DNA of 64,000 nt from Clostridia bacterium (GTDB lineage Bacteria > Bacillota > Clostridia > Christensenellales > UBA1242), in the NCBI GenBank assembly GCA_900753315.1, contig CAADYP010000015.1, forward strand, positions 8,592-72,591. Reading direction: 5' to 3'. Position 1 is the stretch's first letter. Every line of letters begins with the position of its first letter. Both the position numbers and the translations under genes were made by a program. Below, one piece after another: positions 28,805 through 39,932 of the stretch. Under the pieces are notes generated by a model. It ran no database searches and was not told the DNA's origin. It saw only the letters and a program-made list of their open reading frames with translations.

Positions 28805-29416
28805 TTACCCCATCTTATAATAAAATGAGAATGTTTGATTGTGAGATAAATCAGCCTTTTCTATAAAAAGTTTAAACATATATTGATTTAATGAAGTGCT
28901 AAACTCATAACGAATTTCAAATGTATAAACTGATCCACTAACAAAATATCCTTCGCTATCCGTTGCTTTGTTTGTTACATAATAAAATTTGTAAAGTTTG
29001 CTTGGATTATCATCAAAATAATCTGCAATGTTTTCTTTTTGAGATATCTTATAATAGAAAGCATCTGAAGACGTCATATATGTGTTTGCCACTCCAAAAT
29101 ATCCGTTATAATTTGACTTAAAATAATTTAAATATATCTCTGCATTTTGTGCCAACAAACTTTCATCTTTACATTGTTGCGAAAATGAATAGCCATCATT
29201 AAACCAAGAGTCGCTTGAAGAAATTTCTCCAGTAAGTCCAATTGGCGCACTCAAATTAGATAAGCCAACTGCAACCAACTCTGTTTCGGTAAACCATTTT
29301 GTTCTATCATGAAATTGTGGCCTTTCTCCAGAATCACCACTACCACAGCCACAAAGGACAAAAGCTGGAATAATTAAAATAAAGAGAAAAATCAAATTTA
29401 AAATTTTCTTTTTCAA
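28805..29416 (-). CDS. Lipoprotein, unknown function
   Basis: Signal peptide with lipobox FVLCGCGS. TTG start. Confidence 0.6.
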   Translation of the reverse strand: MKKKILNLIFLFILIIPAFVLCGCGSGDSGERPQFHDRTKWFTETELVAVGLSNLSAPIGLTGEISSSDSWFNDGYSFSQQCKDESLLAQNAEIYLNYFKSNYNGYFGVANTYMTSSDAFYYKISQKENIADYFDDNPSKLYKFYYVTNKATDSEGYFVSGSVYTFEIRYEFSTSLNQYMFKLFIEKADLSHNQTFSFYYKMG

Positions 29417-29524
29417 GTTCTACCCCCCTTAATACCATTTATTTTAGTATTATTATAGTGTACATTCTTAAAATTCGTCAACGATTTTATAATTGTCATA
29501 ATACGATTTTTATCGCAACATAAT

Positions 29525-29598
29525 TGGAGCGAGCAATGGGAGTCGAACCCACCTCTCAAGCTTGGGAAGCTCGCATACTACCGATGTACTATGCCCGC
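29525..29598 (-). tRNA. tRNA-Gly(CCC)
   Basis: Reverse complement reads GCGGGCATAGTACATCGGTAGTATGCGAGCTTCCCAAGCTTGAGAGGTGGGTTCGACTCCCATTGCTCGCTCCA. Cloverleaf folds by hand. Anticodon loop is TTCCCAA. CCA is encoded. Confidence 0.9.
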
Positions 29599-29740
29599 AT
29601 ACACGACTGTTTTAGTCGTGTGGATTTATTATTTCGTGTAAACAAACACCATGTTGTTTCTGTGATATACTGTTACCTTCCAAAAACCAAGTTCTTTAAA
29701 ACCGTTACCTTTATCATTCAAACTAATAGCCATAAGACCC

Positions 29741-30136
29741 TTACTCTTGAATATTTGGTGGTGTTACAATTGGTCCCAAAATTGTATTTACTGTAAGATT
29801 TGTGATTATGTTTGAAATATATCCTGTCAAAATTCTTACTGGTTGACTGTTTTTAATATATTCTTTTGGGTCTTCAAGTTTCATAAATTCAATTGAATCT
29901 ACTGGGATATCTATGCTCATTGTCACAGAAAGTCTCATAAGATTTGCTGGGCTTATCATAAGTCTTCTCTCCATTGTCACCTTAACAACTTCTTCAGAAA
30001 CTTTTCTGATATCCAACATATCTTCAGGCTTGATGTTTATCATAACATTTGCACCTGGCATTTGCATTCTTTCATAAACAACCTTTTCCAAAATAGGTTT
30101 TACCAAATGTGGTTTAATAACATTTTCTTGTTCCAT
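29741..30136 (-). CDS. Hypothetical protein (131 aa)
   Basis: Clean ORF with no motif recognised. Confidence 0.4.
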   Translation of the reverse strand: MEQENVIKPHLVKPILEKVVYERMQMPGANVMINIKPEDMLDIRKVSEEVVKVTMERRLMISPANLMRLSVTMSIDIPVDSIEFMKLEDPKEYIKNSQPVRILTGYISNIITNLTVNTILGPIVTPPNIQE

Positions 30137-30254
30137 TTTTTTCTCCTAATTAAAATTATTATAACACACAAACAAAGAAAAAACAATCTTTTCTCAATGC
30201 TCGTCTCAAATTTTTACTATTGACAAAGGCCATATTTTGAATTATCATTTAATT

Positions 30255-30956
30255 ATGGAAAAGAGAGCGCTTTTATTTTTAGATTACAACGAAACTTTTG
30301 ATGATGTTTGCGAAGACAAAGGCAACATTTTCTTTGCCGCTCTCAAACGCTTTGTAAAACATTTTGACGGCAATGTCGAAATCGCAGTAATAACATCCGC
30401 CTGCGACATATTTGGCAATGAAGAACAATCAATAAAATATGATTTGCTCTACACAATGACACTTTTCCCACAAGAATTGAAAAGTCTTTTCAAATACCTT
30501 ATTGAAGGCAATTCGATGTATCTTACAAAAATCGATGTAGAAGGAAAAGATATAAGGTTCGAACAGCCTCAAACCCTTTCTCTCTCGTTTGGAAAGAAAG
30601 ATGACGGAGTAGAACTCGCTTTGAAAACAATTGACCCACAACACAAAATTACTACCTGTGTTTTTGCCGGCAATGATGAATACGCAGACCTGAAAATGAT
30701 GGACGCCGATGTTGAAGGCAGAGAAAAATATTTTATTCTTGCAAACAGACGCATATTGAAAACAGAAAAATATCCAGTTTACAGACTTTCAATGAAAATG
30801 CCAACCCAACAATTTAATTATGGAAAACAAATAATTGAAAATTTTGAAAACCTGGTCACTCAAATGATCGTCAAAACATCAGACAAAAGTTTTGGAGTGG
30901 GAAAGGGTTTAGAAGTTGTGACATCTTTGCTTGAAGAAAAAGAACGGTTGAAATAA
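30255..30956 (+). CDS. HAD-superfamily-like hydrolase (tentative)
   Basis: LLFLDYNETF is motif-I-like (second Asp replaced). FAGNDEYADLKMM is motif-IV-like. Confidence 0.4.
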   Translation: MEKRALLFLDYNETFDDVCEDKGNIFFAALKRFVKHFDGNVEIAVITSACDIFGNEEQSIKYDLLYTMTLFPQELKSLFKYLIEGNSMYLTKIDVEGKDIRFEQPQTLSLSFGKKDDGVELALKTIDPQHKITTCVFAGNDEYADLKMMDADVEGREKYFILANRRILKTEKYPVYRLSMKMPTQQFNYGKQIIENFENLVTQMIVKTSDKSFGVGKGLEVVTSLLEEKERLK

Positions 30957-30980
30957 TCGTTCTTTTTTCAAAATCTTAGT

Positions 30981-32381
30981 CTATTCCTTTTGTTCTTTCT
31001 TGTCATCGTCAGGTTTGTTTTCTTTCTCTTCATTGTCGAGATAAACAATCTTAAGACAAACAACATCAATCCTGTGTCCTTCCATTTTTGAAACGATGAA
31101 TTGCATGTTGATTTTATGTTCTGTCAAATTGCCTTCGTCATCAATAATTTCATCGATGGTGTTGTATTCATATTTTTTGCCAACTTCTGGAATATCTTCA
31201 GAGAGTTCAAACAAGAATGAGTTTACGGTTTGATATGGGTTTTCTGGCATATTTTCAATTTCAAGTCTATCGAAAAGTTCTTCAACAGAAATCTCTGCAT
31301 CTATTTTATATTGGTCATCGCCTATTTGTTCAATAACTGGTTCTGACTCATCTTGGTCTGTTTCATCATAAATTTCACCAAAAATTGTCTCAACACAATC
31401 TTCCATTGTAACAATACCAGACACTCCGCCATTTTCATCAAGCACGACAGCCAAATGTTTCTTTGCTTTTTGCATTTCTTTTATCAAAGTGTCAACATTT
31501 GTGTTTTCTGCTGTGAAAAGAGGTTTCGTCATAAGTTTTGAAAGTTTGGCATCTTTCTTCTCAATTTTTGCATTGAAATAATCTTTTATGTTCAAAAGTC
31601 CAACTACATTATCAGTGTTGCCCTTATAGACTGGCAAACGGCTGTATTGATGTTCTGAAAAAGTGTTTTCAATCTCTTGAGTTGTGGCATTTATATCCAA
31701 GAAAACAACATCAACTCTGTGTGTCATAATATCATGTGCTGTCGCTTCTTTGATTTTAAATGTCCCTTGAAGCATATCAGCTTCATCTTTTTTCAAAACG
31801 CCTTCTTCTTCCATTGTGTCAATGATGCTTTCAAGTTCATCTTCAGTGACAGTAATGTTGCTTTTTTCTTGTTCTTTCTTTTTTGTTGCCAACTTTTGAA
31901 GTCCATAAAAAGGAATAACAATTGGATACATCACTTTCATAAGGAAATAGATAATTCCTGCAAATCTTACGGCGGTTTTTTCAGGGTTAGCCTTTGCAAG
32001 TGCCTTTGGCAAAATTTCACCAGTGATCAAAATAATTATCGTCATAACAACGGTGTTCAAAACGTTAAGCAAAGCAGCATTATCCAAAAGTTGAGATAAA
32101 ATAAAAGCACACAAAGTTGTTGACAAAATGTTTACAATGTTGTTTCCAACAAGAATAGTCGTCAAAACTCTGTCTGAATGTTCTGCTATATAAAGAGCAC
32201 GCCTAGCCCCCTTAACTTTGTTTTCTGCCATTGACCTTATTCTAATCAAGTTCATTGAGTTGAATGCGGTTTCGCATGCAGAGAAGAACGCTGAACAAAT
32301 CAGCAAGAAAACAATCGCTACAATCAAGATTGCGTGTATATAATTAAATTGTGTTGCTAAAAGCATACTGGGGTGGCTCAA
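30981..32381 (-). CDS. CNNM/HlyC-CorC family membrane protein (DUF21 + CBS pair + CorC_HlyC)
   Basis: N-terminal transmembrane segments, CBS-like region (AHDIMTHRVDV..., GIVTMEDCVETIFGEI) and a C-terminal CorC-like domain. Confidence 0.8.
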   Translation of the reverse strand: MSHPSMLLATQFNYIHAILIVAIVFLLICSAFFSACETAFNSMNLIRIRSMAENKVKGARRALYIAEHSDRVLTTILVGNNIVNILSTTLCAFILSQLLDNAALLNVLNTVVMTIIILITGEILPKALAKANPEKTAVRFAGIIYFLMKVMYPIVIPFYGLQKLATKKKEQEKSNITVTEDELESIIDTMEEEGVLKKDEADMLQGTFKIKEATAHDIMTHRVDVVFLDINATTQEIENTFSEHQYSRLPVYKGNTDNVVGLLNIKDYFNAKIEKKDAKLSKLMTKPLFTAENTNVDTLIKEMQKAKKHLAVVLDENGGVSGIVTMEDCVETIFGEIYDETDQDESEPVIEQIGDDQYKIDAEISVEELFDRLEIENMPENPYQTVNSFLFELSEDIPEVGKKYEYNTIDEIIDDEGNLTEHKINMQFIVSKMEGHRIDVVCLKIVYLDNEEKENKPDDDKKEQKE

Positions 32382-32555
32382 TTTTTTACTCCTTAAATTT
32401 CTAAATTAAAATATAAGCGTATTATAGCATATTAAAACAATTTTGTAAAGTATTTGTGATTTACAATTTATAAATATCACCATTTTTGACGCCCTATAAT
32501 GTATTTTAACGCAAAAACAGATTGAAAAATGCAAAAATTGTGATACAATATTTCA

Positions 32556-33410
32556 ATGAAAAACGAAAAGTTGTGTTCAATCTGTCCAAGACACTGTAAC
32601 ATTGACAGAAACAAAGTCAAAGGCTTTTGCAACGAAACAAAAAAAATTAGAATTTCAAAGATTATTCCAAATTTTCAATGGGAAGAGCCATGTATAACAG
32701 GCAAAAAAGGTGCGCTCGCCATATTTTTCTCTGGTTGCAATTTGAGATGTGACTATTGTCAAAATTTTGAAATCTCTCGTGGTGGAGTTGGACAAGAATA
32801 CACGATTGACGAATTTGTTAAACTGATTGAAGAAAACCAAGACAAAAACAGTTTTGTTGATTTAATTACACCAACACACTTTTCAAATGAGATTGCTCGT
32901 GCTTATGAAAAAATTAGCAAAAAAATCCCTGTAGTATGGAATACAAACAGTTTTGAAACTGTGGAAAATATTGAAAAAGTATCAAAATTCGTTGACATAT
33001 TCCTAGCTGATTTAAAATATGCAAATGACGAAATGGCAAAAGAATTTTCAAAGTGTGATAACTATTTTTCTGTGTCAAAAAAAGCAATTTTGAAAATGTG
33101 CAAAGAAAAACCTGACAAATTTGAAAATGAAAACAGCATGACACAAGGAGTGATAATTCGTCATTTGGTTTTGCCCGGATACATCGAAAACTCTTTCAAA
33201 GTGTTGGACACAATAAAAGAAAATTTTGCTGACCGCAAAATCAGTCTCATGAGCCAATTTACACCAAACGGACATGGAAAACTCAATCGCAAATTAAAAC
33301 CAATAGAATACAAAGCTGTGCTTGCACACTTGGAAAAGTTGGGACTTACAAATGGTTATTTTCAAGATTTTGAAAGTGCCGACAGTTGTTTTGTCCCTAA
33401 ATTTGTCTAA
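32556..33410 (+). CDS. Radical SAM protein (PflA/PflX-like activase family)
   Basis: CNLRCDYCQN is a CxxxCxxC cluster. There is an additional N-terminal Cys motif, CSICPRHC. Confidence 0.7.
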   Translation: MKNEKLCSICPRHCNIDRNKVKGFCNETKKIRISKIIPNFQWEEPCITGKKGALAIFFSGCNLRCDYCQNFEISRGGVGQEYTIDEFVKLIEENQDKNSFVDLITPTHFSNEIARAYEKISKKIPVVWNTNSFETVENIEKVSKFVDIFLADLKYANDEMAKEFSKCDNYFSVSKKAILKMCKEKPDKFENENSMTQGVIIRHLVLPGYIENSFKVLDTIKENFADRKISLMSQFTPNGHGKLNRKLKPIEYKAVLAHLEKLGLTNGYFQDFESADSCFVPKFV

Positions 33411-33476
33411 TTCTGTCAAATTTGTTTGACATATCTTTCCCAAAATTTTATCATAATAAAAAAGAAAGGAGTCATT

Positions 33477-33773
33477 ATGCAAAACAGCACACTCAAAAAA
33501 TATTCTTTTATGGGCATTATTTTCAGTCTTTTTGCCATTTTTTTTGCAATACTTTTTTATTTTAATCTCATTTCAACAATGGATTTGATGCTTTCTGTAA
33601 CATATGTTTCTTATTTTACAGGTCTTGCATTGCTCTATAATGGGGCTTACAACAGAAGTCAAGCACACACAAAGTCAACTATCATAAATTTCGCAACAGG
33701 GCTCGTTTTTATCTTGATTGCTATCGCCCTTTTGACATATGGTTTGATATCTGGAAAAATTATTCTTTTCTAA
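33477..33773 (+). CDS. Small membrane protein
   Basis: AAAGGAG RBS and three hydrophobic segments. Confidence 0.45.
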   Translation: MQNSTLKKYSFMGIIFSLFAIFFAILFYFNLISTMDLMLSVTYVSYFTGLALLYNGAYNRSQAHTKSTIINFATGLVFILIAIALLTYGLISGKIILF

Positions 33774-33874
33774 TTTAATATTTACTTACAGCAGCAAACA
33801 AAACCCCAAATTGCAAAAGCGACAACAAAAAAATCATGGATTTTTGTTCCATGATTTTTATTTTTTTCTCAATT

Positions 33875-36388
33875 TTATGAATTAAGGTTTTTGATTTCTT
33901 CCAAAATGTTTTCAAGTTTCGCATTGATTTCAGAAATCTTTTCTTCTGATTCGTTTTTCTTGATTGCATTTTGTGCTTCAACTTGAAGGTTGTCAATTTC
34001 TTTCAACAATTCTTCACGACGTGCTTGCTTATCATCAACTTTGTTTGTGTCAAGTTCGTTCATGGCGAGTTCAAGTTCACGATTCAAATTTCTTCTCATA
34101 TCATGAAGTTTTGCTTCTTCTTCAGAAAGTTTTTTGTTGATTTCAAGGATAGAACTTATTTGTTTTTTAGGTCTTCCTCTGCCTCTTTTTACTTCTGGCT
34201 CTACGACTGCTTCTTTAACAATCTTTTTTGGACGACCAGCTTTCTTTTTTGGTGCTGGAGCAGGTTCTGCTGGTGCAGTAACAATTTTCTTAGGTCTGCC
34301 TGGTCTCTTTGCTGGAGTTTTTGCTTCTTCAACAACGACCTTTCTTGGTCTTCCACGCTTGCCGGCAGGTTTCTTTTCTTCCTCAACGACAACTTTTCTT
34401 GGACGACCGGCCTTTTTCTTTGGTGCAACTGCGACTTGCTCTGCAGGTTCTTCAGCTTCCTTGTCTTCTACTTTTTCTACTTTTTCTGCTTTGTCAACTT
34501 TTGTTTCTTTTTCGTCAGCCAAAGAGAAGTCTTCAAATGCTTTGTCATAATCAACAATCTTTTCTTTCTGTTCTTCCTTCTTGCCTTGTTCTTCTTTGAA
34601 TTCTTTGAGTGGTTGATTTTTTTCAGTATTGTTAATTACTTCAATATCATTGTCTTTATCAACGCTGTTTATAATGTTTTCAGCAACTCCATAGATGTCT
34701 CCCTTTTGTGCTGTGTCAGTCATGAAGTCAAATTCATCAAATGAATCAAGGTCAACAATTTGTTTTTCTGCCTTCTTTGGTTCTTCTGATTTTGGCTCTC
34801 CAACTGGAGCTTCAGAAATAAGTTTGCCATCTTGTGAGTAAACGTTTCCATTTTCGTCATGGAAGTTTCCATCTTTGTCATAATATGTTCCGTTTGGATA
34901 AATATAATTTCCATTTTCGTCATATCTTCCTTCGGCAGGAATGTCGCTTGTTTCAGTTTTTGCATCTGTATTTTTTGAAACTTGTGTTTTTTCTGATTCT
35001 TCAGCCTTGGCATCATAGACACCTTGTGGAACGCTTTTTAATTTAATTTCAAGTTCAGTAATATATTGTTTGTCTTTGTCGTTTTCGCTTTTAAGATTGT
35101 TGATTTTGTCATCAAAAACTTTTGCAACAACTTTTTCAGCACTGTGGCAAAATTTATCAAAGAATGTTTGATATTCACCAATCATTGCTGTTTCTACATC
35201 ACGCTTATAGGTCTCCAACTCTTGGTTAAGTTGAGCAATTTCTTCTTCACATTCGTTCTTTTCCAAAAGATACTTTGCTCTAAGTTGTTCAAATTCTTGT
35301 TCGTATTGTTCTTGCTTGCCGATTTCTTGAGTTTGTTGTTTTCTATAATAGTTACTTTCAATTCTGTTTGTAGTCTCTTCTTGCATTTGACGAAGTCTGT
35401 TGACATTTTCTTTTGATGCTTGAATTTTTGTTTGATAATCTTTTTGAACATTATCAAAGTTCTTTTTACGAGAGTCAAGTTCTGCTTCGAGTTGAGAAAC
35501 TTTAACCAAAATTTTATCTTTCTTTTTCAAGAAGAGTTCACTTTCTTTCATAGCTCTATCCAAAACAAGTGAGCCGTCAACTCCGGTTGAAGAGAAATCA
35601 TAAGTTTCATAATTGATAGATTCTTCTTTTGCTTTGTTGAATTCTTCTTTTTCTTTTCTTGCTTTATAATCCAAAAATTCACGCAGAACAGGTTGACCTT
35701 TTTCAATTTCTTGTGGAGTAAACAAAATTTGATAGTCAATATAACTTGGCAAATCTATGCAAGCGTTGTCCATAAATCTTCCAAACAATGCAACATTTTG
35801 GTAAAGAGAATTTAAGATAGAATTTTTTCTTGCTCTCAAATAAACCACAAAAATCACACCAATCAAACCTACAAAGATAGGAACCATCAAAGCCATGGCC
35901 AAGTTTCCACCCATCAAAGCAGCTTCTGAGTTTGTGCTAACCAAAACAAACATTCCAACAATCACTGACCAAATAAATGTAAACAACGAAAGGTTTTTGA
36001 TATTTGAATTGTAAGAGCTTGTTTTAAGTGGCTTTTCTACCAAGTTTTCTGTTGACAAATATGTAGATGGATTTCCTTCTCTAAACAAAATATATTGTTG
36101 CCAATAATAACAAAGTCTTTTTGGTGCTTTTGTTTTGAAAAGCATATTCAAATCCTTTATGTTGTCTTCAGTCACAACTTTCTTTTCAAACAACCAATAG
36201 TTGAGTTTGTCAAGCGAACGATTGAGTGCCGCTTCATACGAAAATGAGGACTTAATCAAAAAGAATATCACAAGCACAACTTCCAAACCGAGTGCAATGA
36301 TAAAGAGCAAGTCCAAAGTAATAAGATTTGTCATCGTAACAAAGAAATTTAAAATACTGTTTACGATATCACCAAGCATAGAAAACAT
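33875..36388 (-). CDS. Membrane-anchored coiled-coil protein with five AT-hook (GRP) motifs
   Basis: Four hydrophobic segments in the first ~190 aa, then a long E/K/Q-rich coiled-coil-like region. Five motifs follow: KKKAGRPRK, KRGRPRK, KRPGRPKK, KKKAGRPKK and RGRGRPKK (nt ~34160-34425). Confidence 0.7.
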   Translation of the reverse strand: MFSMLGDIVNSILNFFVTMTNLITLDLLFIIALGLEVVLVIFFLIKSSFSYEAALNRSLDKLNYWLFEKKVVTEDNIKDLNMLFKTKAPKRLCYYWQQYILFREGNPSTYLSTENLVEKPLKTSSYNSNIKNLSLFTFIWSVIVGMFVLVSTNSEAALMGGNLAMALMVPIFVGLIGVIFVVYLRARKNSILNSLYQNVALFGRFMDNACIDLPSYIDYQILFTPQEIEKGQPVLREFLDYKARKEKEEFNKAKEESINYETYDFSSTGVDGSLVLDRAMKESELFLKKKDKILVKVSQLEAELDSRKKNFDNVQKDYQTKIQASKENVNRLRQMQEETTNRIESNYYRKQQTQEIGKQEQYEQEFEQLRAKYLLEKNECEEEIAQLNQELETYKRDVETAMIGEYQTFFDKFCHSAEKVVAKVFDDKINNLKSENDKDKQYITELEIKLKSVPQGVYDAKAEESEKTQVSKNTDAKTETSDIPAEGRYDENGNYIYPNGTYYDKDGNFHDENGNVYSQDGKLISEAPVGEPKSEEPKKAEKQIVDLDSFDEFDFMTDTAQKGDIYGVAENIINSVDKDNDIEVINNTEKNQPLKEFKEEQGKKEEQKEKIVDYDKAFEDFSLADEKETKVDKAEKVEKVEDKEAEEPAEQVAVAPKKKAGRPRKVVVEEEKKPAGKRGRPRKVVVEEAKTPAKRPGRPKKIVTAPAEPAPAPKKKAGRPKKIVKEAVVEPEVKRGRGRPKKQISSILEINKKLSEEEAKLHDMRRNLNRELELAMNELDTNKVDDKQARREELLKEIDNLQVEAQNAIKKNESEEKISEINAKLENILEEIKNLNS

Positions 36389-36549
36389 CTTGACCTCCTA
36401 TAATCGTTTTTAGTATATCACAAGTGAAAAAATAATTACTAATATTTTTTGATAATTTTTTAATAATTTTTTTCGCAATAAAATAAAAGGAAGAAAAAAC
36501 TTAATTAAATCAATTTTTCTTCCCTATTTTAATGACATTTATCAATTGC

Positions 36550-39500
36550 TTAAATTTGAACTTTTATAAGATTATTATCCTTTAAAGACAACAAATAAAT
36601 CTCGTTTACTGGCATTTTTAAAGCATTTTCTAGTGCATTTTTATATAATTTTAATTGATTTTTATATTTTTTTATCAAATATTCTTCACTTGTAGAATTT
36701 GAATATTTATAATCAACCAAAATCACATACCCATCTCTTATTGCAAAAAAGTCAATAATACCTTGCACCAAAATCTCATCGTCAAAATTTGTTTCTTCAA
36801 GCAAATTTGACAATTTGTCTTTCATAATAAATTCTTTTTCTTTAAACACTTTTGCATTTTTAACAAATTTTTTCATTGTTAAAACATTTTGCAAAAGAGT
36901 TTTTTTGTCAATCAAATTTTCAATATCTTCAAAAACTGGTTTGTTTTCATTTATTTCTGCTTCCAAGTCACTGATGGAATTTATCTTTTCAAAATTTAAA
37001 GTCTTCATTGCCAGGTGGTATGCATTCCCAGTTTCTACTCCCGCCCCACCAAACGAAAAACTTTCATTTGAAAATTTTTCAAGTTTGTCTTCTTGGTCTT
37101 TTCTGTTTAAACTTGTAACACTTTCTTTCAATTTGAAATTAAGTTTTTCGCCCATACGATACTTGAATTTTAAATAATCCAAAATTTTTGCTTGCGTGTC
37201 GCCATCAAATTCAGTATTTTCAAAAGTTTGCGCTATTTCTGGTTTAATTTCTCGCAATTCTTCTATCAAATTTATTTCAAGGATTTTATTTTTAAAACTT
37301 TTTTCTTTGACAAATTGTTCTTTTTGATTTTTCAATGCAAAGAAAATCAAATCAAAATAACTGTCACAATCCCAAATTGAATATCTTTCAAAAATGCTAT
37401 CCTTATACTCTCCAAAAAGATAAAGTCGATTTTTTGCTCTTGTCAACGCAACATAAAAAATCATAAGCTCTTCAACAAAATTTTTTTTCGCTTTTGCCTC
37501 TTGAATTGCTCTCATTTTTGCGGAAATCACTTCACTGTTGTTTTCTTTATCATAATATTTCACAGCAAGTCCAAAATCTTCATTTATTTCAACATCAACT
37601 TTTGGTCTAGACTTTTTCAAACTTTGGTCACAACCAATCAAAAAGACAATTGGATACTCAAGCCCCTTGCTGTTGTGGATTGTTGTAAGCAAAACACTAT
37701 CATCAAGTGCCGTGACTTCAGAAACAACATTTATTGACACGGTTTCAAAATAATTCACAAGCCCAGCCAAATCATATTCAAACCCGCTTGAAGATATCTC
37801 ATTTAAAAACTTATCAACAAACAAATTCAATTTTTTGTGATTTTTCTGCAAATTCAAATATGCCCTATAATTTGTTTTGTTAAAAAGGTTCAAGAATGCC
37901 TTTCTTGCACCAAAAACTTCAATATCAAACACAAATTCTTTGACATTTTCATTAAATCTTTCAAATTTTTTATTCTTGTCTTTAATTACAATTTCACACA
38001 GATTTTTGTCAGAACCATTTTTTTCTTTCAAAACATCATTCATGCTTACATCTGAAAGTGCAGACATCAAAACACTTAAAAGTGCAACTTCATTGTCAGT
38101 TTTATTGAGAGCCACTTTCAAGAAATTGAGCAAAACCAAAATTTCAGGTTCACTTAACAAAACATTTCGAGAATTTGAAACTACTGGCACGCCTTCTTCT
38201 TGCAAATAATTTTCAAGTTGGTTGAAAAGCGGTGACCTATTGCGCGATAAAATCGCAATATCACTATATCTACATTTTCTCAATTTCCCGTTGTCACTGA
38301 TATAAGAACTCATTACATCATTTATTCGTCTTTTTATATCAATGAGTTGATTTCTGTCCTGTTCATTCGCAAAAATTTGAGCATTTTTTACGCTATAAAC
38401 CTGTGGTAACTCTTCTTTTCCTATAGGGGTTTCACATACCAAATCAATCGTTACAGGGCTGTTTTTATCATCAACAAATTCACTCATTCCTTTGAGCATA
38501 GAACTTTCTTCATAATCAACACCAGACACATCTTTTGTCATGCACACTTTGAAGATATCATTTACAAAATCCAAAACTTTTTGATAACTTCTAAAATTTG
38601 ATTGCAAAAAGTTTACAGTTGAATCATCATTTTTTGAAAAATCTTCCATATCTTTCAAAAAGATTTCCGAACTTGCAAGTCTAAAGCCATAAATCCCTTG
38701 TTTGACATCTCCAACTGCAACAAAATTGCAATTTTTTGCGACATTTTTAATAATTTTTTCTTGAATTTTGTTTGTGTCTTGATATTCGTCCACAAAAACA
38801 TATTTAATGCCAGAAAAAAGGTTCTCTTGCACAGATAAAATCTTCATATATTTTTCCAAATCATAAAAATCCAAATAATTATGAAGATTTTTTATGTTTT
38901 TTTCTTCATTTTCATAAATTTGATAAAGTTTAATCAAAACTTTTTCCAAAAGCCCATTTTTTTGAAATTCCAAATTTTCTTCATCGCACAAATTCAAATC
39001 AGAAATTGTCTTGATAATCTTGTTTATATTTTCTTTTGTTGCAGAAAGTTTATCTACAACTTCATCGCCATACTCTTTTCTCTTTGGTAAATATGGAAAA
39101 GAAAATGTTTGACATTCTTTGCACATTTCATAAATATCTTCGCTGTCAACGATTTTTTTCAATTTGTTTGACAGTTCAAAATAAAAATCATCTACATGAA
39201 GTTTTAAAACAAAATCCAATTGATTTGAAATCTCATTTTTTGCATGTTGGAATAAAAATTCTGTCGCTTTTTCAAAATAAAGCACATTATCATTCAAATT
39301 TTTTTGCAAAAATTCTTCCTTGTTTGCAATCGAATTTACCAAAGTTTCTATTTCAAACATTATTTCTTGTAATTTCGATTTATTGTTTTTGAAATTTGAA
39401 ATCAACTCATAATACTCATTTTCAAATTCTTCATTAAATTTTTTCAAAGCAATATCAAATGCATTTTGACGAATTTTTTGTGATAAATTTTCGTCTGCAA

Positions 39501-39849
39501 TAGCAAAATTTTCATTTATACCAAGCAAATTCGCATATTTTTTTAGATTTTTTTCACAAAAAGCATGAATCGTTGAAATATTCGCAGTTGAAAGTGAATC
39601 AATTTGCTCAACAACAAACTCATCTTTTCCCATTTCTTGCAAACGTTTTTGCAATCTCTCTTTCATTTCTGTTGCCGCAGCCTTTGTAAAAGTCAAAACC
39701 AAAAGGTTGTTAACAGGTATTCTGTCCTCACAAATGAGTTTCGTTATGTATTTTATCATGATATAGGTCTTGCCACTGCCCGCTGAAGCACTGACCAACA
39801 TATTTTTCTTATCATTATGCAAGACTTTTTCTTGTTCTTCTATAATCAT
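36550..39849 (-). CDS. addA: ATP-dependent helicase/nuclease subunit A
   Basis: UvrD-like motifs (SASAGSGKTY, VDEYQDTN) and a C-terminal RecB-type nuclease motif GIIDFF...LVDYKYS. Immediately downstream of addB. Confidence 0.85.
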   Translation of the reverse strand: MIIEEQEKVLHNDKKNMLVSASAGSGKTYIMIKYITKLICEDRIPVNNLLVLTFTKAAATEMKERLQKRLQEMGKDEFVVEQIDSLSTANISTIHAFCEKNLKKYANLLGINENFAIADENLSQKIRQNAFDIALKKFNEEFENEYYELISNFKNNKSKLQEIMFEIETLVNSIANKEEFLQKNLNDNVLYFEKATEFLFQHAKNEISNQLDFVLKLHVDDFYFELSNKLKKIVDSEDIYEMCKECQTFSFPYLPKRKEYGDEVVDKLSATKENINKIIKTISDLNLCDEENLEFQKNGLLEKVLIKLYQIYENEEKNIKNLHNYLDFYDLEKYMKILSVQENLFSGIKYVFVDEYQDTNKIQEKIIKNVAKNCNFVAVGDVKQGIYGFRLASSEIFLKDMEDFSKNDDSTVNFLQSNFRSYQKVLDFVNDIFKVCMTKDVSGVDYEESSMLKGMSEFVDDKNSPVTIDLVCETPIGKEELPQVYSVKNAQIFANEQDRNQLIDIKRRINDVMSSYISDNGKLRKCRYSDIAILSRNRSPLFNQLENYLQEEGVPVVSNSRNVLLSEPEILVLLNFLKVALNKTDNEVALLSVLMSALSDVSMNDVLKEKNGSDKNLCEIVIKDKNKKFERFNENVKEFVFDIEVFGARKAFLNLFNKTNYRAYLNLQKNHKKLNLFVDKFLNEISSSGFEYDLAGLVNYFETVSINVVSEVTALDDSVLLTTIHNSKGLEYPIVFLIGCDQSLKKSRPKVDVEINEDFGLAVKYYDKENNSEVISAKMRAIQEAKAKKNFVEELMIFYVALTRAKNRLYLFGEYKDSIFERYSIWDCDSYFDLIFFALKNQKEQFVKEKSFKNKILEINLIEELREIKPEIAQTFENTEFDGDTQAKILDYLKFKYRMGEKLNFKLKESVTSLNRKDQEDKLEKFSNESFSFGGAGVETGNAYHLAMKTLNFEKINSISDLEAEINENKPVFEDIENLIDKKTLLQNVLTMKKFVKNAKVFKEKEFIMKDKLSNLLEETNFDDEILVQGIIDFFAIRDGYVILVDYKYSNSTSEEYLIKKYKNQLKLYKNALENALKMPVNEIYLLSLKDNNLIKVQI

Positions 39850-39932
39850 GATATTGTCCTTTTTATAAATTTTATTTTTTCTTTACTTACAATTAAACAC
39901 TATTTTAAATTAAAAATTTGATGCGACACCAC

